A DNA stretch of 64,000 nucleotides from Candidatus Latescibacterota bacterium (GCA_965217865.1 CBDCJO010000002.1:832001-896000), one strand, 5' to 3'. Shown: positions 30,595-41,805, counted from the first letter of the stretch. Numbers and translations are program-made. The notes: generated from the sequence alone by a model not told the origin.

Positions 30595-31620
30595 AGTAAT
30601 TGGACGATTCAAGAATTCAGTTGTTCATCAGTATCAAAAGGGAGAGTTAATTTTTTCTTCGAAAAATGAAATATACCTTGTTCGAAATTTAAAAAAACCG
30701 GATCCCATTCTTGTAGGAAACATTCCATGGCGATTTTTTCAGGAAATCTCAAACATTCGTTTTTTTGATCGTTACTTTAAGCATTCAATATTACAAGTAC
30801 ATATAGGACCACTAAAGGAGAATATCTTGTCGCCACAGGAAATAGCTGGTGGCTTATAAACCTTCAAGGAGAGGTTCATAATCTTAGAAAATTTTCCGAT
30901 ACCCGCCCGATGAATCGTGGAATTTGTGAATCAAACGACGGTTTTATTTATGTAGCTGAATATATTCCGAATCCCGATCGTCTTCCCATTCGGATATTTC
31001 GATCGAAGGACCTTCAAAATTTTGAAGTCGTCTGGCAATTTGGGGAAAAAACTATTCGGCATGTTCATGCCTTGATTGCAGATCCGGCGATAGAAAACCG
31101 GATATGGGTGCTGACGGGAGATCTTGATGGTGAAAGCCACATCTATTTTACAGATGATGAATTTAATTCCTTAAATGCCTTTCTTAGCGCAGGGCAAATG
31201 TCTAGAGCAACTGATCTTATCATACGCAATGGATTCCTTTTTTGGGGTATGGATTCACCGGTAGAATCTTCGTTCATTTTGCGAGCGAGTATTGATTTGC
31301 CGGATCGATATGAAAAATTATATGAATTACCTGGTCCGGCTTATTATCTTGCCCAGAATGAGGCGGGTGGGATATATCTCGGAACCACAGTGGAACCGGG
31401 CCCATCGGTTAAAGATAACTATGGATATATATTTGGTTTAGGGCCGGACAACGTTTGGAATGAACTTTTACGGTGTAAAAATGATATCTTTCCTCAATAT
31501 GGGATATTCTATTTTCCGAAGGGGGTCCTTCCTGAAAATTATATTGTCTTTTCCCAAAGGGCTCTTGTTCCGGGTGAGGGATTTTTAACGATAGCGAGAG
31601 ACCTTTCGTGGGTGTCGTAA
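30575..31620 (+). pseudogene. Glycan-locus hypothetical protein (beta-propeller/BNR-like), frameshift near 30800
   Basis: Removing 2 nt at CATATAGG joins 30575-30800 to RTTKGEYLV...RPMNRG; downstream IRHVHAL.DP...WVLTGD motif. Confidence 0.62.
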
Positions 31621-31765
31621 TGAACATAGAATTGATAAGATGGCAATCAATAAATTCCAGACCCTTGCGGAAATATCCAGATGAAAGAAAACCGGAATAA
31701 ATCATCGGTTGGAGCAATACTCGGGTTGGTATATGTGGGTCTTTGCAACCAAGTAAAGGTTACCC

Positions 31766-33961
31766 ATGAAACAGATTTTTCAAAATCTCAGGACCGGTGA
31801 CCTAAAGGTCGAAGACATCCCAACTCCTCAGCTTTTTCCCGGAGGGGTATTGGTCCAAACACATTGTTCCCTCATTAGCGCCGGGACGGAGAAAGCCAAG
31901 ATGGATGTCGCCCGGAAGAGTCTGTTACAAAAGGCGAGAACCCGGCCCGATCTGGTTCGAAAGGTCGTCAACCGGGCAAAAAAGGAAGGGGTTCTGAAGA
32001 CCCTTGAGGCCGTGCAAATCCGCCTCGACTCACCCATCCCCCTTGGATATAGCTCCGCCGGGTTGGCTTTAAGAGTCGCACAGGACGTTGAAGGGATCGG
32101 GGCAGGAAATCGGGTGGCGTGTGCCGGGGCCGGATACGCCAATCATGCAGAGCTCAACTTTGTGCCCAAAAATCTGGTCGCAAGGATTCCCGAAGGGGTG
32201 TCCTATGAAGAGGCTGCCTTCACGACAGTTGCCAGCATTGCCCTTCAAGGGATCCGTCTTGCGGATGTCCAACTGGGGGAGCGGATAGCCGTCGTCGGGT
32301 TGGGATTGGTCGGGCAGATTACGGTTCAGTTGTTGAAGGCGGCGGGGTGCCGAGTGTTGGGAATGGACATCGATTCTTTTGTAATCACAAAGGCGCAAGA
32401 AAGCGGTGCCGACTTCGCCATCAACAATTCTTCGGAAAATGTGGGAGCCATTGTTGCATCTTTCACAAATGGATATGGTGTTGATGTAACTTTGATAACG
32501 GCTTCGACCCCGAGCGATGGACCTATTGAGCTGGCAGGAGAGATTACGCGGGAGAAGGGGCGGGTAATCGTGGTTGGGGGAGTCGGGCTGAAGGTGCCCA
32601 GGGAGCCTTATTATTTAAAAGAGATCGACCTCAAGATCTCCCGATCCTATGGGCCGGGAAGGTATGACCCGTCTTACGAAGAGGGCGGGATCGACTATCC
32701 GTACGCCTATGTCCGTTTCACTGAACAGCGAAATATGTCAACCGTTTTGGAGATGATGGCCACCAGGAAGCTGAATGTCCTGCCTTTGATCACCCATCGA
32801 TTTCCATTTGAACGGGCTTCAGACGCCTATGACTTGATCGCGGGAGGGAATGAAGAGCGTTATATCGGTATTGTTCTGGAATATACGACGGGGGCTCCAT
32901 CGACAGAGGCAGTATCCCTATCAGGGAAGCCGACTCCGGTCACAGATATACGGATCGGTGCGATTGGTGCGGGCAATTATGCAACGGCTTATCTTTTTCC
33001 TCACCTAAAGGATCATCCAAAAGTGGGGTTCCGCCGCATCTGTACGGCTAGAGGATTATCCGCCCGAACACAGGGGGGACGATTCGGGTTTGTGGAAGCT
33101 GTCAGCACCCCGGATGAGGTCATCCGAGATGAAGCGACCAACCTGGTGATGGTCCTCACGCGCCACGACGGCCACGCATCCAACGTCGTGCGAGCGCTTG
33201 AAGCGGGGAAACATGTCTATGTGGAAAAGCCTTTATGTTTGAATGAAAACGAGTTGTCCGAAATCGAACGTGCTTACGCAAAGGCAGCAGATGAACACGG
33301 CGCGACGTTGACGGTCGGTTTCAACCGCCGTTTTGCTCCGCTGACTCGTAAAATTAAGGCGCATTTTGATCTTCTCCCAGGGCCGAAGGTCGTACAGATT
33401 CGGGTTAACGCCGGTCCTCTTTCCAAAGATCATTGGATTCACGACCCGGTCCAGGGGGGGGGGAGAATCGTCGGGGAAGGGTGTCACTTTATCGACCTGC
33501 TCCTTCACTTGGTAAATTCCCGTCCTTCTTCGGTATATGCAATCGGCAACGGGAATGATTCGGCGGTCCTAAAACAGGATGCTGCGATCTCGGTTTCCTT
33601 CGAAGATGGGTCAATAGGATCCGTGATTTATACTTCCTTAGGAGACGATCGATTTCCCAAGGAGCGCATCGAAGTCTATGGGGGAAACTCGGTGGGTCTT
33701 ATCGACGATTTCCGCTCTGGATTGATTGTTGCAGATGGGCGGGAGAGCAGATTGAGATCGAGGAAGCAGGACAAGGGGCAGAGGAATATGCTGGATCGTC
33801 TTGTGGAGGTGTTGACGGAGGAAGGGAAACCGATTATCCCATTTAACCAACTGTCTGTTAGCACACGAATTACGGTTGCTGTAATTAACTCGATGCTTTC
33901 CGGAAAAACGGCTAAGCCCGTTGACATTGGATCTGCAAGGATCGATGAAGTCTCTGTATGA
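31766..33961 (+). CDS. Bi-domain oxidoreductase (Zn-dependent ADH-like + Gfo/Idh/MocA)
   Basis: SLISAGTE, PLGYSSAG, SRSYGPGRYD, HVYVEKPL, VGFNRRFAP, GGRIVGEGCHFID. Confidence 0.93.
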   Translation: MKQIFQNLRTGDLKVEDIPTPQLFPGGVLVQTHCSLISAGTEKAKMDVARKSLLQKARTRPDLVRKVVNRAKKEGVLKTLEAVQIRLDSPIPLGYSSAGLALRVAQDVEGIGAGNRVACAGAGYANHAELNFVPKNLVARIPEGVSYEEAAFTTVASIALQGIRLADVQLGERIAVVGLGLVGQITVQLLKAAGCRVLGMDIDSFVITKAQESGADFAINNSSENVGAIVASFTNGYGVDVTLITASTPSDGPIELAGEITREKGRVIVVGGVGLKVPREPYYLKEIDLKISRSYGPGRYDPSYEEGGIDYPYAYVRFTEQRNMSTVLEMMATRKLNVLPLITHRFPFERASDAYDLIAGGNEERYIGIVLEYTTGAPSTEAVSLSGKPTPVTDIRIGAIGAGNYATAYLFPHLKDHPKVGFRRICTARGLSARTQGGRFGFVEAVSTPDEVIRDEATNLVMVLTRHDGHASNVVRALEAGKHVYVEKPLCLNENELSEIERAYAKAADEHGATLTVGFNRRFAPLTRKIKAHFDLLPGPKVVQIRVNAGPLSKDHWIHDPVQGGGRIVGEGCHFIDLLLHLVNSRPSSVYAIGNGNDSAVLKQDAAISVSFEDGSIGSVIYTSLGDDRFPKERIEVYGGNSVGLIDDFRSGLIVADGRESRLRSRKQDKGQRNMLDRLVEVLTEEGKPIIPFNQLSVSTRITVAVINSMLSGKTAKPVDIGSARIDEVSV

Positions 33962-35152
33962 ACGGACTAAGGTATCACTGGAAGCACTTTACGCGTCTGT
34001 CCGGGTGGCCGATTATGCGGGGTATGATCCCTATGACGGATTAAACAGCCGCCTCTTCCGGGCGTCCCCTTTTTATCAAAACCGATGGGCTCGCCTGCTC
34101 TGGGTTCAGTTTTTCAGGCGGTGTCCGGTTAATCTGCGACAGCTGGTCGGTATCAACCGGGAACCCAATCCCAAGGGATTGGGACTTTTTATATCTGGAC
34201 TTGTCAATCGCTATCGAGCAATCGGCGATCAAACCTACCTTGAGGAAGCCAAGCGGATATCCGACCGCGTTTTGAGTTTGGCGCATACAGGATGGTCGGG
34301 CATTTGTTGGGGGTATAACTTCGATTGGCAATCTCGGACATTTTTTTTGCCCCGCGGCAAGCCCAACTTAATTGCGACGACTTTCGTAGTTAACGGGTTG
34401 CTGGATCTGTACGAGGTAGCGCCTGATGCGATCCTAATCGATGCCGCCCAGAGCGCGTGCGTGTTTTTAAACAAAGATTTGATGCATCGAGAACACAATG
34501 GTTCATGTTACTTCAGCTACATAACGGACAAACCCGCGTTTGTTCACAATGCAAATCTCCTTGGTGCTGCTATGCTGGCCCGGGTTTACTCATTTACCTC
34601 GGATTCAGTGTTAAAAAAATCGCTATCGAGGTTTCTGAGAAGACCGTGTTATATCAGCATGAGGACGGAGCCTGGTTTTATGGGGAACTGCCGTTTCAGA
34701 GATGGATAGATAATTTTCATACAGGTTATAACTTGGTCGCTCTTAATAAGGTCAGTCATTTTCTCAACGAGCCTGGTTTCAATGAAGCGATCAAAAAAGG
34801 ATATCGATTCTATAAAAATACCTTTTTCTTAAAAAACGGTTGTCCCAAATATTTTCACGATCGTGTATATCCCATCGACATCCACGCGTGCGCTCAAGCT
34901 GTGGTCACATTTCTGATGCTGGAGGAGGACATAGATGGTGCCTTGTCTTTGGCCGGCCGGACTTTGGAATGGACGATTCGACATATGGAGATTAAGCCAG
35001 GTCGATTCATGTATCAGAGGCACGGTTGGTGGATCAATCCCATATCATATACTCGATGGGAACAGGCCTGGATGTTTTATGCTATGGCACTCTTCCTGTG
35101 CGTTGTGAAAAACGAAACCGATCAACAAAGACCTGATCATCCTGAGATTTGA
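33945..35152 (+). pseudogene. Alpha/alpha-toroid (six-hairpin glycosidase-like) glycan-locus protein, frameshift in the A7 run at 34613-34619
   Basis: YAGYDPYDGLNS, WGYNFDWQSR, VHNANLLGA, then second frame DGAWFYGE, WIDNFHTGY, YPIDIH, RWEQAWM. Confidence 0.75.
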
Positions 35153-35156
35153 ACCT

Positions 35157-36032
35157 ATGGCCACGGTTTGGGTCGACCTCGATAACGCCCCTCACGTTCC
35201 ATTCTTCCGGCCTCTCATCCACACTCTGGAGATAGATGGCCACGAACTCGTGATCACTTTTCGAGATCACGGGTACATTTCTGAACTCTTACAACTGTAT
35301 GATATACGGGCAATACGAATTGGTCGTTATGCCGGGGAAAGTAAATTATTAAAGGCAGCCGGCTTGGCTTCCCGAGTCGTTCAGCTTGTACGATTCGGGA
35401 TGGAAAAGCCGATCGATGTGGCCGTGAGCCACGGATCCCGTGCCCTCGTTCTGGCTTGCCGTGTCCTTAATATCCCGAGCGTAACGATGTATGACTACGA
35501 GTTTGTCTCCACGGGTTTGTTTAACCGACTATCCACAAAGGTGATGCTACCGGATGGCCTCCCGGACGATCGCCTCAGGGTCCTTGGGCTTTCAGAAAAG
35601 AAGGTTCTTAAATACTCAGGATTTAAGGAGGAAGTATATGTTACTGATTTTACGCCAGATGGAAGAATTCTGACAGATCTCGATCTTGATGTCGGTCGAG
35701 TTATTGTCCTCCTTAGGCCACCGGCAACGATGGCCCACTATCGATATCTGGCCGAGAATGGAATTCTGGGATTGGGGGCAATTCTCGCAGTGTTTGTAGG
35801 GCTTTTTAGAACACTACTACAGCAGATTGGGAAAGGGGGTAACCAAAAGGCGTTGGGGGCAAGTCTTTCTCCGGATTTTATTGCGGGACTGGTTGCAGGC
35901 CTTTCGGGTTTTTTTGTGGATTTGATCACTTGCAGTGCCCTTCATGTTCCGCTTACACGGCTGACGTTCTGGATGCTGGCTGGCCTCTCTCTAGCTTGGG
36001 TTCGAATTTCAGGAAATCGAAGCATGGGTTGA
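35157..36032 (+). CDS. Chimeric ORF: DUF354-like GT-B N-terminus fused to an O-antigen-ligase-like C-terminus
   Basis: VWVDLDNAPHVPFF...YSGFKEE...RPPATMAHY, then an abrupt switch near 35740 to RYLAENGILGL plus TM helices. Confidence 0.68.
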   Translation: MATVWVDLDNAPHVPFFRPLIHTLEIDGHELVITFRDHGYISELLQLYDIRAIRIGRYAGESKLLKAAGLASRVVQLVRFGMEKPIDVAVSHGSRALVLACRVLNIPSVTMYDYEFVSTGLFNRLSTKVMLPDGLPDDRLRVLGLSEKKVLKYSGFKEEVYVTDFTPDGRILTDLDLDVGRVIVLLRPPATMAHYRYLAENGILGLGAILAVFVGLFRTLLQQIGKGGNQKALGASLSPDFIAGLVAGLSGFFVDLITCSALHVPLTRLTFWMLAGLSLAWVRISGNRSMG

Positions 36033-37420
36033 TCGTCCGGTTATCTAACTTTCGAAATATTCCATGGCGCATCACATTATCTACATCTGTATCATTCTGA
36101 TCTTTCTCGCAGGACTCGGATTCATAGAACACCTGACGTGGAAAGAATGCTTGCGGTTGTTTTTGATCCAGATTGGGCTGATGTTTCTCTACATCAAATT
36201 TCGCGTTCATCTTGAAATTCCAAATCAGAAAGTCAGCCGGCCCAACAAAAGCGACAAACTCCATTCCGGATCCATTGTCGTTGCTCTGGTCGTTTCGTTT
36301 GTGATTTCACAGTTTGATCCCGCCACGTCGTCGGCTTCCTTTGGAGAACCAGGTGGCCGTTTGAATCCCTTCTTCATCATATCCACGGTTTTGTCCTGTG
36401 CGGCGTTTTCTACCTTTGCAATTGCACGTGGGCGTGAGCTTCGATTTCGATACCTGACATCCCTGGACCGGGTCGCATCCGTTGTTATTTTCGGAACCAT
36501 TGGGATGTCGTTGGGATCCAAACAGCTCCTGGGATACGGGATCTCGGGTTCGGATCTCCTTGCCCAGGTGAAGATTCTAAGTTTTCTTCTCATCTGGTTT
36601 GCTGTGACGCGCAGTTTCTCGGACCCCGAATGGAAGGGCCTTCCGGTACAGGATGGCAGGTTTGCGGGTATTTTGGCGGATCGTTGGAAAGGGACGCTGA
36701 TTGCGGTGTCCCTTATTTTTGTTCCTGCACTGATGTATGGGATCTACAGGACAGGAGCTGTTGTGTATCATTATAAAATTGGCCAGGAGTTTTTTCAGAC
36801 GGAGGAATTGGAAGCTGGAAGACAACATTTCGAGGTTTCCAACAAGCTGAATAGGACGGTGGATCTTAGGCAGGTGCGGGTAGGCTGTCTGAGCGATCTC
36901 GCTGTTATTAATCTAAAACAGGGAGATGATAAAGCTGGCCGGGAAATGATTGCCGAGCTCCGAGGTGCGATTTACAACAAAGCGGAAGCAAACCGAAAGG
37001 TCGGAGATGTATATTTTAAAGTCGGAATGTGGGCGGAGATGAGCGAGGCATACGAAGCGTTCATTGGACAGGCGGGAAAGGATATCGAGGTTTTAGATCG
37101 CCTTGGGGAGGCATATATGCATCAAGGGAATTCCCGAGGGTTCCTAAATATGGTTCGAGACTATCAGTATATGCCTCAAGTGGTTGCGGGTGCTTAGGAG
37201 GGAAATATTTTTCTGGGGAATGTGGACTTTTATCGAAAAGATTTTGAGACAGCTCTGGGTCATTTCAAAGCAGCCGCCCGGTTGAAGCCGGAGGATTCAT
37301 ATTCACTATACAAATTGGGAAGGACTTACCTTGAACAGGATAAATACGACCTGGCGATAAGGCAGTTTCAGAAGGCCGTGAAATTGGTAATTATGCACTT
37401 GACTAAGTTACTATTTCATA

Positions 37421-37449
37421 TTGACGGGCCAAGAAAGAGAGGTTATCAT
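37421..37449 (+). promoter_or_regulatory. Internal promoter for the passenger gene (likely leaderless mRNA)
   Basis: TTGACG-17-TATCAT with ATG 6 nt after the -10. Confidence 0.6.
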
Positions 37450-37455
37450 GGGTAG

Positions 37456-38082
37456 ATGGCTAAGTTCTTCTTCGTTTTTCGGGCATTGTATGCCGTCGGC
37501 TCTGGGGCCATTGGATTGGCTGGAGTTAGCGATGATATCAAAGTGTGGAAAAACGAGTGGTTGCCCATGTTGAATCTGGAACTAGGAGTAAGTGTTGCGT
37601 TGCTCGCTTCAGCGCCGATTGTCCTCCTTGGACCTTGGTTATGGTCTGTCATCCGCCCTTCTCCGATATCTAAGCCGGAGAAGGGCGAATTATCAACCGA
37701 GCAGCTGGAGGAAGCATACAACGCTGTATCCATTGGCCATTCACCTGAGCCAATTTGGTATGTGGCATTAAGAGTAGAAGACGCTGTATTCGGTGCTTCT
37801 GACTTTATGAACCCGAGTACCAGCATTTCGTCAAGATCAGACAGAGCGCACATTCCAAAGCACGAGGACGCATACGTAGCGTTCGCCATACCAGCATATC
37901 TGGCCGATCCTATCAACGTTGACCCCGACGACCAAGGTCTAAATCAATTTTCAGCTTTCACGGAAATTGGCACTCTCCGTATCCATGGCAAAGATTACAA
38001 GGCGTGGAGGTCTAACCAGAAATGGATGATCCATACCGATATGGTGCTGGTAGTCAAGCTGCTACCAATTCCCGGTACGTGA
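37456..38082 (+). CDS. Hypothetical membrane-anchored passenger protein (208 aa)
   Basis: Intact ORF filling the cassette; hydrophobic N-terminal segments; no DDE or HUH motif. Confidence 0.75.
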   Translation: MAKFFFVFRALYAVGSGAIGLAGVSDDIKVWKNEWLPMLNLELGVSVALLASAPIVLLGPWLWSVIRPSPISKPEKGELSTEQLEEAYNAVSIGHSPEPIWYVALRVEDAVFGASDFMNPSTSISSRSDRAHIPKHEDAYVAFAIPAYLADPINVDPDDQGLNQFSAFTEIGTLRIHGKDYKAWRSNQKWMIHTDMVLVVKLLPIPGT

Positions 38083-38527
38083 TATTGTCCGTGTTCATGA
38101 TTCTGCGGAGCGTATCGTGGAACAGGCGAGGATTGTTCCTTAGTCAAGTGCATAATCACCGTGAAATTGGATCCGGGTTTTGCCGACTCATACTACCGGC
38201 TTGGGGTTTGCTATGAAAAACAGGGAAATCGAGGACGGGCAAATGGTTTATATGAAAAGACTGTTGCTTTGTTGCCGAACCACATCGACGGGCTCCTGGC
38301 GCTTCGGCGCACGCAAGAGAAATAGTCCATCCTGCTTGCTTATCAACCCGATCGGATGTTTTGATAAGATCCCGATCCCTCTATAAAAGATCCCTCAAGG
38401 CTTATCTTTCCTGAAGAATTCGTAGGTTCTGCCGAAATATCATATAAGCTATTGATCTAAATTGAATTATTCCTGGTGGCGACGCAATAAACTTTTCCAA
38501 CCAAAGAAATATTTCCTGATATATGTC

Positions 38528-38556
38528 TTGACCTATTTCATTGATAGGCCTACATT
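38528..38556 (+). promoter_or_regulatory. Promoter with a palindromic operator in the spacer, upstream of the HTH gene
   Basis: TTGACC-17-TACATT with overlapping CCTAT-N7-ATAGG. Confidence 0.5.
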
Positions 38557-38578
38557 TAGTGTCTGATGGAGGAAGATT

Positions 38579-38779
38579 ATGAATGGCCGAGATGTTCAAT
38601 CCTTACGATTGAAAATGGGACTCTCCCGCAATCAGTTCGCCTATCGGATCGGGGCCACCGAAAGGACGGTTTTCCGTTGGGAAGAGGAAGGAAAAAAGCC
38701 GAGTCCTATGGCCCTCAGGCTCCTCGAGATGCTCTCTGAAAAGATCTCCATAGGGGTTGATAATTCGAGAGGTAATTGA
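38579..38779 (+). CDS. XRE-family helix-turn-helix protein
   Basis: LRLKMGLSRNQFAYRIGATERTVFRWEE...KPSPMA; GGAGG RBS. Confidence 0.85.
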   Translation: MNGRDVQSLRLKMGLSRNQFAYRIGATERTVFRWEEEGKKPSPMALRLLEMLSEKISIGVDNSRGN

Positions 38780-38821
38780 TCTAGGGTTGGGATTCCTGGT
38801 GGTGCATCGAATTCCCAGTGA

Positions 38822-38989
38822 CCCCTCGAAGTGGCCGAATCGATCGATATGCTGCGCTGTTTGGAGCACGGGTATGATGTGAAGATGGTAGAGTCGGAAT
38901 ATGAGACCCACGCCGTGGATACCCCTGAAGATCTCCGGATTGTCGAACAGATGATGGAGGGAGATCCTCTGTTTCCGAAATATTCCTGA
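38822..38989 (+). pseudogene. 3' remnant of a KdsB-like (CMP-Kdo/ulosonate) cytidylyltransferase
   Basis: PLEVAESIDMLRCLEHGYDVKMV...AVDTPEDL; 5' part missing. Confidence 0.72.
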
Positions 38990-39135
38990 AAGACAGAACT
39001 TCGATTAAACATAAAAGCAGGAGTTTAAAAGTTGGTGGAGAAGACCGAAGTCACCGAATTGATGAACCCTGCGCCAACCCTTCCCCGATTGGCAATTCAC
39101 GGGGGAAATCCGGTTCGCCCCACGATGCTCCCCTA

Positions 39136-40662
39136 CCAGCCTGTTGAAAAAGTGCGTTTATGCCAAGATGACTGTTGTCTTTCCTTGTGGTTTGGTCCTA
39201 TGATATATCAGGTTCAAACTGAGAAGGGAGGACGAGCAAATGGCAATGGGAAAACGAGGACGACAGAGACAGGAAAACCTGTTCATCGCATCGAACACTT
39301 TGGTGAAATCTCCGGGTCATCCGTTCTACGAGAAGCTGAATCAGGTATTGGGGGCGAACGGCTTCGACGAGTTCGTCGAGGGGCTTTGCCAGCGGTATTA
39401 CGCTCCTCATATGGGTCGCAAGGGCATTCCGCCCGGGGTTTATTTTCGGATGCTTTTGATTGGGTATTTCGAGGGACTTGATTCGGAACGTGGGATCGAA
39501 TGGCGTGTATCTGACTCGCTGACGTTGCGCCGGTTTTTGGGGTATGCCCTTGACGAACAGACCCCGGATCATTCCAGCCTGTCTCGCATCCGGCATCGGC
39601 TTCCCTTGGAAGTTCACGAAGCGGTTTTCAAGTGGATCCTGAGGGTCTTGTGCAAAGCGGGTCTGGTGAAGGGGAAGACGTTGGGCGTGGATGCTACGAC
39701 ACTGGAGGCCAACGCCGCGATGCGCAGCATTGTACGCCGTGACACGGGTGAAGGCTACCAGGCATTCCTTGAGAATCTGGCCAAGGCCTCGGGCATTGAA
39801 ACGCCTACCCGCGAGGACTTGTCCAAGATCGATAAGAAGCGACCGAAGAAGGGATCGAACCAGGACTGGGAGCACCCGCACGACCCGGATGCCAAGATCG
39901 CTAAGATGAAGGACGGTCGCACGCACATGGCGCACAAGGTGGAGCACGCGGTGGATCTGGACACCAATGCCATTGTGGCAGTGGCGTTGTCGGGAGCAGA
40001 TGAAGGAGATACCGAGTCGTTGCCCTGGACGCTGCTCGAGGCGCAGCTCAATCTCAAGCAGGTCGCGAAGGACGAAAAAGCTGCCAAACGTTTGCACAGA
40101 CAGCGTATACGGGAGGTGGTTGCGGACAAAGGATATCATAGCAACGATGTATTGACCAGTCTGAAGCAAGGCGGCATCCGGAGTTACATTTCAGAACCGG
40201 ATCGGGGACGCCGCAAGTGGAACGGCCGACGAGATGAGCAGGCCGCGGTATATGCGAATCGACGCCGGATCAAGGGAGATCGCGGCAAGGCCTTGCGCCG
40301 AAGTCGTGCAGAACGGGTGGAAAGAACCATCGCTCACACATATGATACCGGTGGCATGCGCAGGTTGCACTTGAGAGACCGCGGCAATATCCTCAAGCGT
40401 TTGCTGATCCACATCGGGGGCTGCAACCTGGCTCTGCTCATGCGCAAAGTGATGGGCGTAGGTACTCCGAAGGCCCTCCAGGACCTGGCCAAGGCCTTGC
40501 AGCGTCTACTGCTCGTCCTACAATCACGTTTGCTGCCCTCGGTCACCTTTTTAACCTCTTATCAGCGTCTCCTGCTCAATCTCCTTACCTTGATTTATCC
40601 GACCCGCACTCCAGGCGTCTTTTCCGTTTATGTGCGTTGAAAGGTAGTTCTTCAACGGGCTG
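39136..40662 (+). mobile_element. IS5/IS1182-like insertion sequence, copy 3 (1527 bp), inside pseC
   Basis: Same TIRs; CTA flanks. Confidence 0.95.
39240..40640 (+). CDS. DDE transposase (IS5/IS1182-like)
   Basis: One substitution (L>P near the C-terminus) versus copies 1 and 2. Confidence 0.95.
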   Translation: MAMGKRGRQRQENLFIASNTLVKSPGHPFYEKLNQVLGANGFDEFVEGLCQRYYAPHMGRKGIPPGVYFRMLLIGYFEGLDSERGIEWRVSDSLTLRRFLGYALDEQTPDHSSLSRIRHRLPLEVHEAVFKWILRVLCKAGLVKGKTLGVDATTLEANAAMRSIVRRDTGEGYQAFLENLAKASGIETPTREDLSKIDKKRPKKGSNQDWEHPHDPDAKIAKMKDGRTHMAHKVEHAVDLDTNAIVAVALSGADEGDTESLPWTLLEAQLNLKQVAKDEKAAKRLHRQRIREVVADKGYHSNDVLTSLKQGGIRSYISEPDRGRRKWNGRRDEQAAVYANRRRIKGDRGKALRRSRAERVERTIAHTYDTGGMRRLHLRDRGNILKRLLIHIGGCNLALLMRKVMGVGTPKALQDLAKALQRLLLVLQSRLLPSVTFLTSYQRLLLNLLTLIYPTRTPGVFSVYVR

Positions 40663-41805
40663 CTACGGCCGCCAGTGCCTGGATGAGGACGATATACAGG
40701 CAGTGAACGAGGTGTTGCGATCAGACTGGCTGACAACCGGTCCAAAAATCGAAGCGTTCGAACGGGCGTTCGCAGAGTTCGTCGGGTCACCGAATGCTGT
40801 GGCGGTATCGAGTGGGACTGCGGCCCTACACGCGGCTGTTTTTGCGGCAGGCGTTTCCCCAGGTGATGAGGTGATTACCTCTCCGATGACTTTTGCAGCC
40901 ACGGCAAATTCCGTCGTGTTTCAAGGCGGAATCCCGGTTTTCGTTGACGTTGATCCAGAGACGCTTTTGATCGATCCTGGCGGTGTTGAGGACAGAATCT
41001 CGGATCGCACCAAGGCCATTATTGCAGTCGACTATGCCGGCCAACCGTGTGATTACGACGCATTGCGCGATATTTCCAGCAGACATCATCTGGTCTTATT
41101 GTCCGATGCGTGTCACATGCACTCGGGGGGAGCGATAAAGGACGACCCACAGGCACCCTGGGTGATCTGAATGCCTTCAGTTTTCATCCTGTCAAGCATA
41201 TGACCACGGGTGAAGGCGGGATGATCACAACCCACGACGATGATTGGGCAAAAAGGATGCGGGAGTTTCGAAATCACGGCATCACGAGCGACCATCGTCA
41301 ACGGTCCCAAATGGGGGATTTTTTCTATGAAATGGTGGATCTCGGATACAATTACCGCCTGAGCGACATCCATTGTGCGCTCGGAATCAGCCAGCTGGAA
41401 AAATTGCACAAATTCGTTCAAAGACGTCAGGAGATCGCTGCGATCTATGACGATGCGCTTTCAGAAATTCCCTATGTCCATCCACTTGGAAAGCGGCCGT
41501 ATGTCTCGCACGCCTACCATTTGTATATGGTGCAGTTTGATTTAAAAAGCCTGGGTATGGATCGCGCCGCGATATTCTCCGCATTGCGAGCGGAAAACAT
41601 CGGTGTCCACGTCCATTACATTCCGGTCCATCTGCATCCTTTCTATCGAAATCGATTCAAAACAGGTCGAGGACTCTGTCCGGTTGCCGAAAGTTCATAT
41701 GAGAGATTGATTAGTTTGCCAATCTTTCCCAATATGGACGAATCGGATGTAGAGGATGTGATCCATGCCATCAAGAAGCTGGCCGGGAATCAGGTTAGTT
41801 AAAAA

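Larger units (their letters stand above)
37386..38160. mobile_element. Transposase-free IS1595-ended mobile cassette carrying one passenger gene
   Basis: 22-bp TIRs GGT(A/G)ATTATGCACTTGACTAAG; 8-bp TSD GTGAAATT (37378-37385 and 38161-38168). Confidence 0.9.
36064..38325 (+). pseudogene. Multi-TM membrane protein with C-terminal TPRs; in-frame TAG at 37195 and interrupted by a 775-bp insertion
   Basis: Frame continues past the TAG. Removing 37386-38168 restores QKAVKLDPGFADSYYRLGVCYEKQG...RRTQEK* (stop 38325). Confidence 0.8.
39032..41802 (+). pseudogene. pseC: PseC-like DegT/DnrJ aminotransferase, IS-interrupted and frameshifted
   Basis: MLPY|GRQCLDEDDI...DWLTTGP restored by removing IS copy 3. 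+2 frameshift at DACH/ALG (about 41115). FSFHPVKHMTTGEGG and LGYNYRLSD motifs. Confidence 0.85.

Noticed and set aside
31700-31750. SVGAILGLVYVGL, resembling a nucleotide-sugar dehydrogenase N-terminus
   Set aside because: Too short and degenerate to call even as a pseudogene.
37195-37197. In-frame TAG as pyrrolysine or stop-codon reassignment
   Set aside because: TAG ends other genes normally here (e.g. 13813, 16017); a TGG>TAG nonsense change in an already disrupted gene is simpler.
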